IMG/VR virus record: IMGVR_UViG_3300031673_000016
From: an uncultured virus (IMG/VR IMGVR_UViG_3300031673_000016)
Lineage: Duplodnaviria > Heunggongvirae > Uroviricota > Caudoviricetes
Reading direction: 5' to 3' (one strand)
Length of the DNA stretch: 64,000 nt
The notes beneath the pieces were generated by a model. It was not told the origin of the DNA and did no database searches. It saw nothing but the letters and a program-made list of their open reading frames with translations. The translations under genes were made by a program, and so were the position numbers. Shown one piece after another: positions 18,236 through 27,978 of the stretch; position 1 is the stretch's first letter, and every line of letters starts with the position of its first letter.

Positions 18236-19174
18236 ATGGCCACCGCAAACAAGAGCATCATGGCGAAGGCCGACATGGAAGTCGCGGACCTCATCGCCGA
18301 CGGCGGTTACCTCCAGTCGGAAGAGGCCGAGAAGTTCGTCGTGAACCTCATCAAGGAGTCGGTCCTGATGCGGCTCGTGAACGTGCAGGGGCTGAAGTCC
18401 CACACGAAGCTGATCGACAAGATCGGCATCAACGGGCGCGTCCTCCGGCCGGGCACGAGCGGCCACGCGCTGGCCGTCGCCGACCGCGTGAAGCCGACGA
18501 CCGACCAGACCACGCTCACGACCCACCTCCTGAAGGCGGAAATCCGCCTGAACGACGAGGTGATCGAGGACAACATCGAGAACGGCTCCTTCAAGGCGAC
18601 CGTCATGAACATGATGGCCGAGCACACCGCGCTCGACATGGACGACCTGCTGGCGAACGGCGACACGACCTCGACCGATCCGCTCCTCGGGCTGCTCGAC
18701 GGCATGATCGTCTCGGCGGTCACGCACCAGGTCGCCGGCGGAACGCTGCCCATCGCGAAGTCGATGCTGAAGGATTCGATCAAGTCGATGCCCTCGCAGT
18801 ACAACCGCAACAAGAGGAACCAGCGGTTCCTGACCAGCGAGGATGCGTGCATCGACTACCACGACTACCTCGCGGATCGCGCGACACAGCTGGGCGACTC
18901 GAAGATCGAAGACGATTCGCCGGACAAGTACGGCAACCGGGCCATCCTCGGCATCCCGGTCTTCCCGGACAACCTGGGCGGCGCGACCAACTGCACGGTC
19001 ATCCTCCTGCTCGACCCGAAGGAAGCGATCTTCGGGATCTGGCGGAAGGTGCGGGTCGAGACCGACCGCGACATCACGACCGGCGAGTGGATCATGGTCA
19101 CGTCGCTCCGCGCGGGCTTCCAGTACCGCGAGGAGGACGCCGTCGTGCGCGTCAACGCCGTCAAGACCCAGTAG
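18236..19174 (+). CDS. major capsid protein (XkdG-like, HK97 fold)
   Basis: GGYLQSEEAEKF, EIRLNDEVIEDNIE, LANGDT, MPSQY; 312 aa; strong codon bias. Confidence 0.88.
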   Translation: MATANKSIMAKADMEVADLIADGGYLQSEEAEKFVVNLIKESVLMRLVNVQGLKSHTKLIDKIGINGRVLRPGTSGHALAVADRVKPTTDQTTLTTHLLKAEIRLNDEVIEDNIENGSFKATVMNMMAEHTALDMDDLLANGDTTSTDPLLGLLDGMIVSAVTHQVAGGTLPIAKSMLKDSIKSMPSQYNRNKRNQRFLTSEDACIDYHDYLADRATQLGDSKIEDDSPDKYGNRAILGIPVFPDNLGGATNCTVILLLDPKEAIFGIWRKVRVETDRDITTGEWIMVTSLRAGFQYREEDAVVRVNAVKTQ

Positions 19175-19269
19175 GTCGAGGCGACGAAGAGAAGGCGTCG
19201 ACGGGCGACCGGCGGCGCGGTTGAAAGACAGAGAACTGCGGCGCGAGCCGCCCACATGGAGGTGGACAA

Positions 19270-19623
19270 ATGGCCCTCGGAACCCCGACCATCCACGCCG
19301 TGCGCGAGACGCGCGACGGCGGTCAGGAGATCCTGCTCAGCTGCGCCGGAGACGGCGCGTACGGCGCGGGCGGGACTCCCAACTTCAACGCGTTCCTGCG
19401 CGCCGCGATCAAGGCGAAGCACGCCGCGGCGACGGACAAGAACGTGCGCAACATCGAGGACGTCGAGTGCGTGGCGGTAGTCCCGCAGCGCGCCGGCGTC
19501 TACGTACCGAGCTACGACTTCGCGGCCGACAAGCTGTTCGTCTACGACAACAGCACGGACGCGGAGAGCATCGTGGCCGACATGAGCGCGACCACGTTCG
19601 CGTTCGTCGCGGTCTGCCGCTAG
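19270..19623 (+). CDS. probable head decoration/structural protein
   Basis: SD GGAGGT; follows the capsid gene; similar codon bias. Confidence 0.5.
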   Translation: MALGTPTIHAVRETRDGGQEILLSCAGDGAYGAGGTPNFNAFLRAAIKAKHAAATDKNVRNIEDVECVAVVPQRAGVYVPSYDFAADKLFVYDNSTDAESIVADMSATTFAFVAVCR

Positions 19624-19744
19624 GCGACGCGCGAAGACAGGGTTGAACGGACAAGGCGACGCGCTCCGATGCCGGATGCCCCCCCACTTTCGAGTCGGGG
19701 CGCGTCGCCGAATCCTTTGAAGGGGTACAGAACAACAAGGAGAG

Positions 19745-20281
19745 ATGAAGATGGCGATCACGGCAGTCAGACTCAGGAACATCGACAAGAAAAAGAGCTT
19801 TCGCATGGCGACCTACGTCTCGGCGGCGAGCCGGACGAAATACGCCAGCGGAACCGACCGGAACCCCGCGCCGTTCCGACTCGTCTCCGACCGCTCCGAA
19901 CTACTCGAGCTCCGCGACATCCCGCAGTTCGAGATCCTCGACTTCGATGACCTCGATCACCTGAAGGAGTACATCCAGCAGGAGATGGAGGAGCGGGCGA
20001 GGATGGGCCTCCCGGCGGTTCGCGCGCAGGTCATGTCCGGAACCGGCCTCGCTCACGAGAGCATGGTAGTTGCCCCGCGGAAGACGGCGCTCGACAAGCT
20101 GCCGGCAGCGGCGACGTCCGATCCGACGAGGGCGAACACCGGGCGGAAGCCGACCGTCGAGGAGAGGCCGGGTGAAGACGACGACGCATCAGCCGCGCAG
20201 GAATCCGAGAAGTCGAAGGTGGATCCGGCGCAGCACGGGAAGACAAAGAGTCGCCCGGGGCGCACGTCTTCCCGAAGGTAG
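19745..20281 (+). CDS. hypothetical protein
   Basis: SD AAGGAG; 178 aa. Confidence 0.6.
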   Translation: MKMAITAVRLRNIDKKKSFRMATYVSAASRTKYASGTDRNPAPFRLVSDRSELLELRDIPQFEILDFDDLDHLKEYIQQEMEERARMGLPAVRAQVMSGTGLAHESMVVAPRKTALDKLPAAATSDPTRANTGRKPTVEERPGEDDDASAAQESEKSKVDPAQHGKTKSRPGRTSSRR

Positions 20282-20290
20282 GTGGACGCC

Positions 20291-20569
20291 ATGACGACGA
20301 CGCCGGAACCGCGCCACGCAGCGCAACGAGAAACGGGCGATCTAGCCCTTGCGGCGTACGCTCACATGAAGGGCTTCCGCGTCGTGAAGGCCGAGGAGAT
20401 GCGGAAGGGGCGCGTGACCGAGTACAGGTTCATGATCCACGACCAGGACGAGAGGTGGGACGAGCTGTGCATCGACTTCGCGAATTCGGAAGCCTCGCAG
20501 CACGACGCTTCTGTCAGGACACTGAAACGGCTCTGCAAGAGGTCTCCGCACGGCGGAGTGCCGGCGTAG
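20291..20569 (+). CDS. DUF5659-like small phage protein
   Basis: ETGDLALAAYAHMKGF..YRF pattern. Confidence 0.55.
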   Translation: MTTTPEPRHAAQRETGDLALAAYAHMKGFRVVKAEEMRKGRVTEYRFMIHDQDERWDELCIDFANSEASQHDASVRTLKRLCKRSPHGGVPA

Positions 20570-20584
20570 TATCGGAGGTGGACC

Positions 20585-21646
20585 GTGGCGATTGCCAACC
20601 TGACGTGGGAAGTCGACGCGGTGACGCTGAGCGCGCTCATCGTTTCCGGCTTCGACGCCTGGAAGGTCGAGCGGGCCCCTGGTATTCCGCCGCCACCGCC
20701 GCCACCGACCTACGCTGAAATCTCGTACGCGACCACCAGACCGCCGTTGACCGCTAACGTCCTTCGCTGCCTGTACACCGACGGAGCGGCCCCTGTGGAC
20801 GCCCTGGAGGCCCTCACGGGGCTTTACCAGGCTACGCCTGTCCGGACGTCAGACGGGCTGCTCGGGACGCCAGTCGCGGCGACGGCGACACGCCGGGGCT
20901 ACCTCCAGCCCTCCGACGTCTTGGCCGAAGGTTACGCGAATCCTCCGTGGACACCGGCGAAGGTATGGCGCGGCATCGACCGGGCGACAGCGACCATCGA
21001 CGCGATCTGCCGGCAGTGGTTCGAGCCGCGCTTCACGCAGTTCGTTTTCGACGGAACGGACCACGACCAGCTCTGGCTCGAAATACCCGTCTGCGCCGTC
21101 CACGCCATCCTTCAGGATGACGTTGCGGTCGACCTGGACGACATCGAAGTCTACAACAGGCACCTCACGCGTGGACAACTCAACCCGGACGACAGGGCGA
21201 ACCCCAAGGTGACGTACGCGGTCGACTACCCGCCGGGCTACCGCGGACGACGTAGCAGGATCTACGCCGACTCCGCGTTGTTCGGTGCAGGACGCAAGAA
21301 CGTGACGCTGAAGGGGATCTTCGGATTCACCGAGCTCGGCGCCGGTGACTTCGCAGCGGAAACCGCTGTCAACAGCCAGGTGCCGATCAGCTACGGACAG
21401 ACGCCGGCGGAGATCAAGCGTGCCGCGCTCCTCCTCACGCTGACGTACATGCTACCGGCCGGTGAGCAGCAGCAGGCCGTGCTCAATAACCGCATCACCC
21501 AGATCAAGACGCGCGACCAGTCAATCTCCTTCGCCGACATGGCGAGCGGAGGAGGGACTGACGCGAGCTTCGGCCTAACCGGGAACCTGGAGGTCGACAA
21601 CATCCTGATGCGGTATGGTGGACCACTCCGTATGGGGAGCGCGTGA
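20585..21646 (+). CDS. head-tail adaptor/connector
   Basis: IDRATATIDAICRQWF, GRKNVTLKGIFGF, PAEIKRAALLL, EVDNILMRY; position. Confidence 0.7.
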   Translation: MAIANLTWEVDAVTLSALIVSGFDAWKVERAPGIPPPPPPPTYAEISYATTRPPLTANVLRCLYTDGAAPVDALEALTGLYQATPVRTSDGLLGTPVAATATRRGYLQPSDVLAEGYANPPWTPAKVWRGIDRATATIDAICRQWFEPRFTQFVFDGTDHDQLWLEIPVCAVHAILQDDVAVDLDDIEVYNRHLTRGQLNPDDRANPKVTYAVDYPPGYRGRRSRIYADSALFGAGRKNVTLKGIFGFTELGAGDFAAETAVNSQVPISYGQTPAEIKRAALLLTLTYMLPAGEQQQAVLNNRITQIKTRDQSISFADMASGGGTDASFGLTGNLEVDNILMRYGGPLRMGSA

Positions 21647-22170
21647 TGACCATCGCGACCAGGGGGATGCTGATCAATAAGTTCGTCGCCGTAATTCGGA
21701 GGCTCGACACCGTTGCCACGGCCGCGGTCGTCGGCGGCGGCTACGACAAGGAGTTTGATGCCGTCCGAGTCGTGAACGACGGGACCCAGATCGGTTCCTC
21801 GTCGCGTCGCGAGATGGACGAGCTTCGCCTGAACGTCCAGCTCGACCGAGACTCGTGGGGAAGGAACACGCCCGGTCGCGGCGGTCGCCAGGTCGTCGCC
21901 GATATCGTGCTCGTCTTCCACTGGCCTGACCTCGAGAACGGCGGCCTGATTGGCACCGACGGAGAACCGTTGCTGAAGGTCGGCGACCGCATCGACAAGA
22001 TCGAGACGGTGATGGGCGACGTCGAGTCGACCTTCAAGAACCCGCCAGGAATGTTCATCACAGAATTCGAGCGCGCCGGTCACGGCCTGAATCCGTTCGG
22101 AACGCCGAGGACCAACCTCCTGTACACCTACTGCTCCTATGCCCGCGCGGCGGCTGAAGGAGTGACGTGA
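21643..22170 (+). CDS. head closure (stopper) protein
   Basis: Position after the adaptor; LKVGDRIDKI. Confidence 0.5.
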   Translation: MMTIATRGMLINKFVAVIRRLDTVATAAVVGGGYDKEFDAVRVVNDGTQIGSSSRREMDELRLNVQLDRDSWGRNTPGRGGRQVVADIVLVFHWPDLENGGLIGTDGEPLLKVGDRIDKIETVMGDVESTFKNPPGMFITEFERAGHGLNPFGTPRTNLLYTYCSYARAAAEGVT

Positions 22171-22736
22171 TGATTCGAATTCGAATCACAGAGCGCGGGG
22201 TGGCGACGATTCAGAAGCGATTGCAGAACCTGGCGATACGGACGGGGCGCGCCGTGTCGAACGCGACTGGACAGCTCGCACACCAGCTTCGGCGTGAAAT
22301 CGTCACGGGCATCAGGAAGCAGGCTCCTGGCGGACTCCGCTTCAAGCCGCTCGCCGAGTCAACGAAGGCGCGGAAGGGGAGTTCCAAGGCGCTCATCGAT
22401 CAGGGCGATCTCATTCGCTCGATCAACGTAACGAAGCTGGGGAATCTCGCGTTCTTCGTCGGTGTCCATCGGACGGTGATGGCGAAGGGCGGTCAGAAGA
22501 TGTGGAACCTGGCAGAGATCCACGAGTTCGGGTCGCAGAAGCGACCGGGTCGTCCGCCGGCGCGGCCGTTCCTCATCCCGTCGTACAACGCATGGCGCGT
22601 CGGCGCGGAGAAGATGTGGGCCACGTTCGTCGGAAAGGAACTCGGACTCCCGGCACTCGGAGGCGCGAGGACGGCCGTTGGTTTGACGATGGGCAAGGTA
22701 GACGTCGGATCCGGACTTTTCGGAGGCGATGACTGA
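22167..22736 (+). CDS. virion morphogenesis/neck protein (Mu gpG-like)
   Basis: FKPLAESTKARKG..LIDQGDLIRSI..AEIHEFG..PARPFL. Confidence 0.8.
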   Translation: MMIRIRITERGVATIQKRLQNLAIRTGRAVSNATGQLAHQLRREIVTGIRKQAPGGLRFKPLAESTKARKGSSKALIDQGDLIRSINVTKLGNLAFFVGVHRTVMAKGGQKMWNLAEIHEFGSQKRPGRPPARPFLIPSYNAWRVGAEKMWATFVGKELGLPALGGARTAVGLTMGKVDVGSGLFGGDD

Positions 22737-23704
22737 TGGCCATCCCGACGATCACGTCCGTGACGCCTTCGAGTGGACCGACCCGCGGCGGGAATATCGT
22801 GCGTATCGTTGGGACCAACTTCAGGCTTCCACCGCCGCCTCCCGTCTCCGGTCCGATCCTAGCGGAACAGCAGAAGACGGTCAGCGTGAAGTTCCAGGGC
22901 GTCGAGTCGGAATGGGCCTACTCGGCATCGGCGACGCTGATCCTGGCGCGCGTCCCGGAGTGGTCGGGGCCCTACGACATCACGTTCCCCGCCGCGCTGA
23001 CCGTCCGCGTCGCGAACCTCGACGACGCTGGAGTGGAGATCGTCGGCGAGAACGTGACGAAGGCCGCGGCGTACTCGATCAAGCGTCCCGATCTGGCCGT
23101 CGAGTCCTACCTCCAGCGCGTGGTGCGCGAGGTCATCGCACTCTTCCGGAGGCACGTCCTCGAGAACACGCACTACTCGACGCAGCGCGATTACTCTCTG
23201 ACGCCGGCGCAGCAGGAAACGCTCCGCGCATCAAAGCCGTTGCTCCAGATCACAGGGCCGACACTGAACCTGAACCGCTTCTACTCGTTGAATCGCGAGG
23301 ACTACGAGGCCGATGCGCTGGGCGGCGTGAACGGGATGATGCGGAGAAAGATTCCGATCACTGTCGACATGGTCTTCACGGTCATCCCGTGGGCGGATAA
23401 TTCGACGCATCTCCACGCGCTCGTCCAGGCGCTCCTCCTTTTCGGACGCGACATCAAGCATGTCCGCGTCGCGGTCGACCCGCTGGACCCGTCGAAAGGG
23501 ACGAAGGATTACGAGTTTGAACCGGACTGGACGGGCTTCCCGGACATGAACTCAGACCCGAACGCTGACGACCTGGTCCACGCTGTTTCCAGGCATATCG
23601 TTAGGGGCGTGCATGTTGATGAAGATTTTGGTACCATTGTCGAGCGAGGATGGATCATCACGGAGAACGACGGAACCCCGCTCCTGCAGATCCAGGCCCC
23701 GTGA
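22736..23704 (+). CDS. tail terminator-like protein with N-terminal IPT/TIG domain
   Basis: PTITSVTPSSGPTRGGNIVRIVGTNF is a classic IPT start; terminator role inferred from position before the sheath. Confidence 0.65.
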   Translation: MAIPTITSVTPSSGPTRGGNIVRIVGTNFRLPPPPPVSGPILAEQQKTVSVKFQGVESEWAYSASATLILARVPEWSGPYDITFPAALTVRVANLDDAGVEIVGENVTKAAAYSIKRPDLAVESYLQRVVREVIALFRRHVLENTHYSTQRDYSLTPAQQETLRASKPLLQITGPTLNLNRFYSLNREDYEADALGGVNGMMRRKIPITVDMVFTVIPWADNSTHLHALVQALLLFGRDIKHVRVAVDPLDPSKGTKDYEFEPDWTGFPDMNSDPNADDLVHAVSRHIVRGVHVDEDFGTIVERGWIITENDGTPLLQIQAP

Positions 23705-23715
23705 CGGAGGGAACG

Positions 23716-24060
23716 ATGACCGGAATGATCGAACTCGAAAACCTGACGGAGCGCGCAATCGAGTATCGCCTCGACCACCAGGTCGTATGCGTCAAGGTCG
23801 GGAAGTGCTTCTGCACGCAGGGCAGGCGCGGTCCCGTGGCGTCATCGATCCACGTTCCCGGAGGCAGAGGCAGAAGGACGGCGAAGCTCGATCCGCGGGT
23901 GACGCTGGTTCCTCAGGTCAAGGCAGACGCGTCCGGACCGCAGCCGAAGATCAGGATCATTGGAGCGGCGGCGGGGAAGGTCGCGGAGACGAAGGTAAAG
24001 GAATCCGACGAGCCCAAGAGAGAGATGAAGCTCAGCGGACGGAAGGGCAGCAGAGAGTAG
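23716..24060 (+). CDS. hypothetical protein
   Basis: SD GGAGG; fills the gap before the sheath gene. Confidence 0.55.
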   Translation: MTGMIELENLTERAIEYRLDHQVVCVKVGKCFCTQGRRGPVASSIHVPGGRGRRTAKLDPRVTLVPQVKADASGPQPKIRIIGAAAGKVAETKVKESDEPKREMKLSGRKGSRE

Positions 24061-24107
24061 GATACTACGCCATCACGCCCCGATGATTGGGCGACAGGAG
24101 GAAGACA

Positions 24108-26378
24108 ATGGGAGCTGAACTTCTTGCCTCGAAGGTGGTCATCCTCGAAGAGGAGCCCTCGATTCCGACCATCGTCGCGCTGCCGAGCGCGGTGACGCTC
24201 TGCCTCGGTATCACCGAGCGCGGGCCGATGGCGGATCCGCAGCTGCTCACGTCCTTCGAGGAGTACCAAAGGATCTTCGGCGGCTTCACGCTGGAATCCG
24301 ACGTCGCGGTCGCGGCGTACGGATTCTTCAGGCAGGGCGGGACCTTCATGTGGGTCAGCCGCACCTGTCACTTCGTCGACATCCTGGACCCGCTGACGGC
24401 CACGGCGACGAAGGCGAGCGTGACGCTCAACAACGGCGGCTCGCTCGCGACGCCCGCGGTAGTCGGGCCCGGCACGGGAGCGTCGCCGTTCCCGATGACG
24501 ACTGGCATGCACGTTGACATCGACATCGGAGCCGGTGCGGTGCCAGTCGCATTCACCGGCCTCCCGGCGACGCTCGACAACGGTATCGTCACGGAGCCGT
24601 TCGACTTCACCGGCGGCGGACAGACGCTCGACGTGGTCGTGAACGGCGTTCTGCAACCGGTCACGTTCCTAGTCGGCGACTTCGTGGCACCGGCGACGGC
24701 GACCGCGCTCGAGGTGCTCGCGCGCCTCAACGCGAGCCTCTCCGGATGTTCGGCGGTCAAACACGGCGCAGGCCCCAGCTTCGGTGTCGCGCTGTTCACG
24801 GACGGCGCGGGAAGCGACTACTCGCTGGCGATCACCGGTGGCACGGCCAATGCCATCCTGCAGCTCGCGGCCGGTCCGGTCGTGGGCGCCGGAAACGTCG
24901 GCGACATCGCAGCCGTGACCGCACTCGAAGCCGAGGCGATTGTCGAAGCGACGGCCGGACTCATCGGAGCCGTCGACGTGATCGTGAACGTCGGCGGGAC
25001 CCTCTCCGTCGAGACGGTCGCGACCGGCGTCGGCGCCACCATCCAGGTGGCGGGCACCTCCACCGTGGACTTCGGACTCGACCATATCTTGCACACCGGC
25101 GCGGATACCGCTGTGCAGCCGACGCTGACTTGCGCGGGGAAGACCCCGGGCGATTACGCCAACGACATCAAGATCGCTATCGAGGCCGCGACGAACGGCC
25201 TGGCGCTGTCGTTCAACCTCAAGGTGGTACTGAGCAGCGTCGTGAAAGAGACGTGGCCGAACCTGAACATGGACCCGACGTCGGCCAACTACGTCGAGAC
25301 CGTGATCAACGACGTGAACCTCGGCTCGCGCCTCATCGCCGCGACTGACCTCGCCCTGACGCCGCTCGGGATCAAGCGTCCCGCGAACGTCGTCACGGCG
25401 AACATGATCGGCGGAGACGACGGCCTGACCGCGCTCGCGGACACGGACTACGTCGGAAACGTCGCGGGGCCGACCGGCCTCTACACGTTCGACCGCGTCA
25501 GGACCGGGCGCATCCTCATCATCCCCGGCGTCTCGACCGAGGCCGTCCACAAGGGAATGATGGACTACGCCGAGATCGACCGCAACGGCTCGATGTTCTG
25601 CTTCCTCGACATCGCGGCGGGGCTCACGAAGATCCAGGCGGTCGCGTACCTCACCGGAGCCGGGCTCCTCGAGTACAGCGAGTTCGGCGCGATCCACTGG
25701 CCGCGTATCAAGGTCGGCAACCCGCAGCCGTCCGTGTACGGCACGGCGTCGAGCATCACGGTTCCGCCCTCGGGCTGGATCGCGGGCAAGTGCGCGGCGA
25801 ACGACCAGCGCCTCGGCGGCGTGTACGAAGCGCCCGCGGGGTACGGCGACGGCTGGGGCGTCATCCGTGGGATGACCGGCGTCGAGGACGACCCGCAGGG
25901 TCTGTCGGAGCACCAGGTCCTCGACGAGAAGACCCGAGACTACGTCTACCCGTACCGCATCAACCCGTTCAACCGCACGACCGGCGGCCTGTGGTACATC
26001 GACGGCAGTCGCACGCTGAAGTCGACCGGCAACTTCCCGTCCATCGGAGAGCGGCGCGGCGTCATCTTCATCGGCCAGTCGCTCGTCGAGGGGCTTCAGG
26101 TCTTCCGGCACCGCTTCAACAACCACGCGAACCGGCAGCGCGCCGGCCGCGGGATCACGCAGTTCCTCATCGGCGAGATGAACAAGGACGCGTTCCGCAG
26201 CCGGAGTCCGGCCGACGCGTTCTTCGTCGACGCGAGCGACGCGCTCAACCCGGTGATGAACGAGTTCGCCGGCATCATGACGATCAGGATCGGACTGGCA
26301 ACCAACAAGCCGACGGACTGGATCATCCTGCTCATCACGCAGGACACCAGGGCGCTCGAGGAAAGCCTCGCGGCGTAG
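24108..26378 (+). CDS. contractile tail sheath protein
   Basis: GITERGP..LTSFEEYQRIFGG N-terminus; HWPRI, VPPSGWIAG, INPF..GSRTL C-terminus. Confidence 0.93.
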   Translation: MGAELLASKVVILEEEPSIPTIVALPSAVTLCLGITERGPMADPQLLTSFEEYQRIFGGFTLESDVAVAAYGFFRQGGTFMWVSRTCHFVDILDPLTATATKASVTLNNGGSLATPAVVGPGTGASPFPMTTGMHVDIDIGAGAVPVAFTGLPATLDNGIVTEPFDFTGGGQTLDVVVNGVLQPVTFLVGDFVAPATATALEVLARLNASLSGCSAVKHGAGPSFGVALFTDGAGSDYSLAITGGTANAILQLAAGPVVGAGNVGDIAAVTALEAEAIVEATAGLIGAVDVIVNVGGTLSVETVATGVGATIQVAGTSTVDFGLDHILHTGADTAVQPTLTCAGKTPGDYANDIKIAIEAATNGLALSFNLKVVLSSVVKETWPNLNMDPTSANYVETVINDVNLGSRLIAATDLALTPLGIKRPANVVTANMIGGDDGLTALADTDYVGNVAGPTGLYTFDRVRTGRILIIPGVSTEAVHKGMMDYAEIDRNGSMFCFLDIAAGLTKIQAVAYLTGAGLLEYSEFGAIHWPRIKVGNPQPSVYGTASSITVPPSGWIAGKCAANDQRLGGVYEAPAGYGDGWGVIRGMTGVEDDPQGLSEHQVLDEKTRDYVYPYRINPFNRTTGGLWYIDGSRTLKSTGNFPSIGERRGVIFIGQSLVEGLQVFRHRFNNHANRQRAGRGITQFLIGEMNKDAFRSRSPADAFFVDASDALNPVMNEFAGIMTIRIGLATNKPTDWIILLITQDTRALEESLAA

Positions 26379-26391
26379 AGGAGGATGAACG

Positions 26392-26847
26392 ATGGGAACC
26401 CCGACGAACTGGGACAAGAAGTTCTCCTTCCTCGTGGAGATCGACGGCATCGCGAGGGCGGCCTTCACTCGTTGCAGCGAGCTGTCGGCCGAAATCGAGA
26501 ACGTCGCGCATCGCGAGGGAGGAAGGCTGCACCCGCACAACGCACCAGGTCTTGTCACCTTCTCCGAGCTCACGCTCGAGAGGGGCGCGTGCGACGACTT
26601 CGACTTGTACAACTGGTTCCGCGACTCGTACGACGCCGCGGCCGGGACTGGCATGGTCCCGCCGGATCTCTTCCGCACGCTCGACGTCGTCCAGCTGGAC
26701 CGCAGTGGCGAGGACGTGAAGCGGTTCCGCTGCTACAAGTGCTATTGCCGCAAGTGGAGCGCGGGCGACTGGGACAACGACGCGAGCGAGGTGCGGATCG
26801 AATCCGTGATCGTGGTGATCGATTACTTCGAACAGGTCCCGGCCTGA
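26392..26847 (+). CDS. tail tube protein (T4 gp19-like)
   Basis: FSFLVEIDGI..FTRCSELS..HREGG..PGLVTFSELTLERG..LYNW. Confidence 0.92.
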   Translation: MGTPTNWDKKFSFLVEIDGIARAAFTRCSELSAEIENVAHREGGRLHPHNAPGLVTFSELTLERGACDDFDLYNWFRDSYDAAAGTGMVPPDLFRTLDVVQLDRSGEDVKRFRCYKCYCRKWSAGDWDNDASEVRIESVIVVIDYFEQVPA

Positions 26848-26965
26848 TCGAAGCGCCGCCGATGGCGGCCTGGGCAAAGGCGACATCCGGCACGGAGCGC
26901 ATGGTGCGTTCCTGCCGGCCGGTCCCGCGATGCGGGATTGAAACAGAGTAGGCAAGGAGGGGTCC

Positions 26966-27793
26966 ATGAAGTCCGACATCGTACAGCTTCCGTCAGACAT
27001 GACCATCGAGCTCAGGCAGCTCACGTTGCGCGAGGAGAACTACCTGGCTGGAGCGTCGCGGTCTCGCCGGGGATCGCAGGAGCGAATCCTCGTTGACGTC
27101 GTTTCGAGATGCACAATTCGCGTCGTCGACCCGGGACCGAATCCGAAGGCGAAGGCCGACGAGAAGCCGAAGTGGGACGAGATGCTGGCGGGCGATTTTT
27201 TCGGCGCGATGATCGAGCTCCGCAAGCTCTCGTACCGCGAGGGCGCCGAGTACGATATCGACCTGAAGTGCCCGGTCCGGGCGTGCAACAACAGCTTCGG
27301 CTGGACCGTCGACCTGGACAAGGACCTCCTCGTCAAGAAGCTCCCGACGGAGTCGGCCGATGCGCTGCGCGAAGGACGACCGCTGACGGTGGAGATCGCC
27401 GGGAAGATCGTCCACTTCCACCTCGGGCTGGTGAAGGACGCAGATTTCCAGGAGAAGCTCGACAAGAAGTTTCCGGGGCGCGACATGGCGTGCATGCTCA
27501 GGGCGCGAATCGACAAGGTCGAGGGCGTCGAGTCGGTCGACATCATGAACTGGCTCGACGGCGAGGGGAAGGGTCCGTACGAGGGCCTGACGAGCGACGA
27601 AGCGGAGGACATGCGCGCCGAATTCTACCGAGTGGATTGCGGGATCGACACGGAGATCGAGGTCGAGTGCACGCGGACGCAGTGCCGCAACGTGTTCAGG
27701 CTCGATCTCCCTTTCGACGGAATCCTCACGCCTGGCCGGGCGCAGGCGAGCAAGAGGAAGTTCCGAGCTGGGCAAGCCTCATTGGAGGACTGA
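26966..27793 (+). CDS. tail assembly chaperone / T4 gp26-like protein
   Basis: Between tube and tape measure; VQLPS..LRQLTLREE start; two Cys pairs. Confidence 0.7.
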   Translation: MKSDIVQLPSDMTIELRQLTLREENYLAGASRSRRGSQERILVDVVSRCTIRVVDPGPNPKAKADEKPKWDEMLAGDFFGAMIELRKLSYREGAEYDIDLKCPVRACNNSFGWTVDLDKDLLVKKLPTESADALREGRPLTVEIAGKIVHFHLGLVKDADFQEKLDKKFPGRDMACMLRARIDKVEGVESVDIMNWLDGEGKGPYEGLTSDEAEDMRAEFYRVDCGIDTEIEVECTRTQCRNVFRLDLPFDGILTPGRAQASKRKFRAGQASLED

Positions 27794-27978
27794 CGGAGGA
27801 GGAAGTGCTGAAGCTGAGGTTCAACATCGCCTGGCTCCCGCTGTTCGGCGCCGGACTTCAGATCAGCTTCTCCGATACCGAGGACCTCTCGACGGCGCAG
27901 GCCGTCGACCTCTGCGAGATGGCAATCAATCAGCGTGAGCGCGAGGTCCGTGCGGCCTTCAAGGGAAGGAACGGCTGA
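27709..27978 (+). CDS. second chaperone ORF (-1 frameshift extension, or independent GTG start near 27805)
   Basis: Open -1 frame ending at the tape measure start; in-frame slippery heptamer C CCT TTC at 27709-27715. Confidence 0.55.
   Translation, partial: PFRRNPHAWPGAGEQEEVPSWASLIGGLTEEEVLKLRFNIAWLPLFGAGLQISFSDTEDLSTAQAVDLCEMAINQREREVRAAFKGRNG

Noticed and set aside
11019..22845. Polyproline runs in several structural proteins as the reason for carrying tmRNA
   Set aside because: The runs are real but look like ordinary linkers; polyproline stalling is handled mainly by EF-P and nothing here links it to the tmRNA
24669..26678. 669-aa minus-strand ORF (likewise 44439-46457, 725-2026, 55306-56586)
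   Set aside because: Antisense shadows of well-supported + strand genes, expected from GC-rich codon bias; no recognisable motifs
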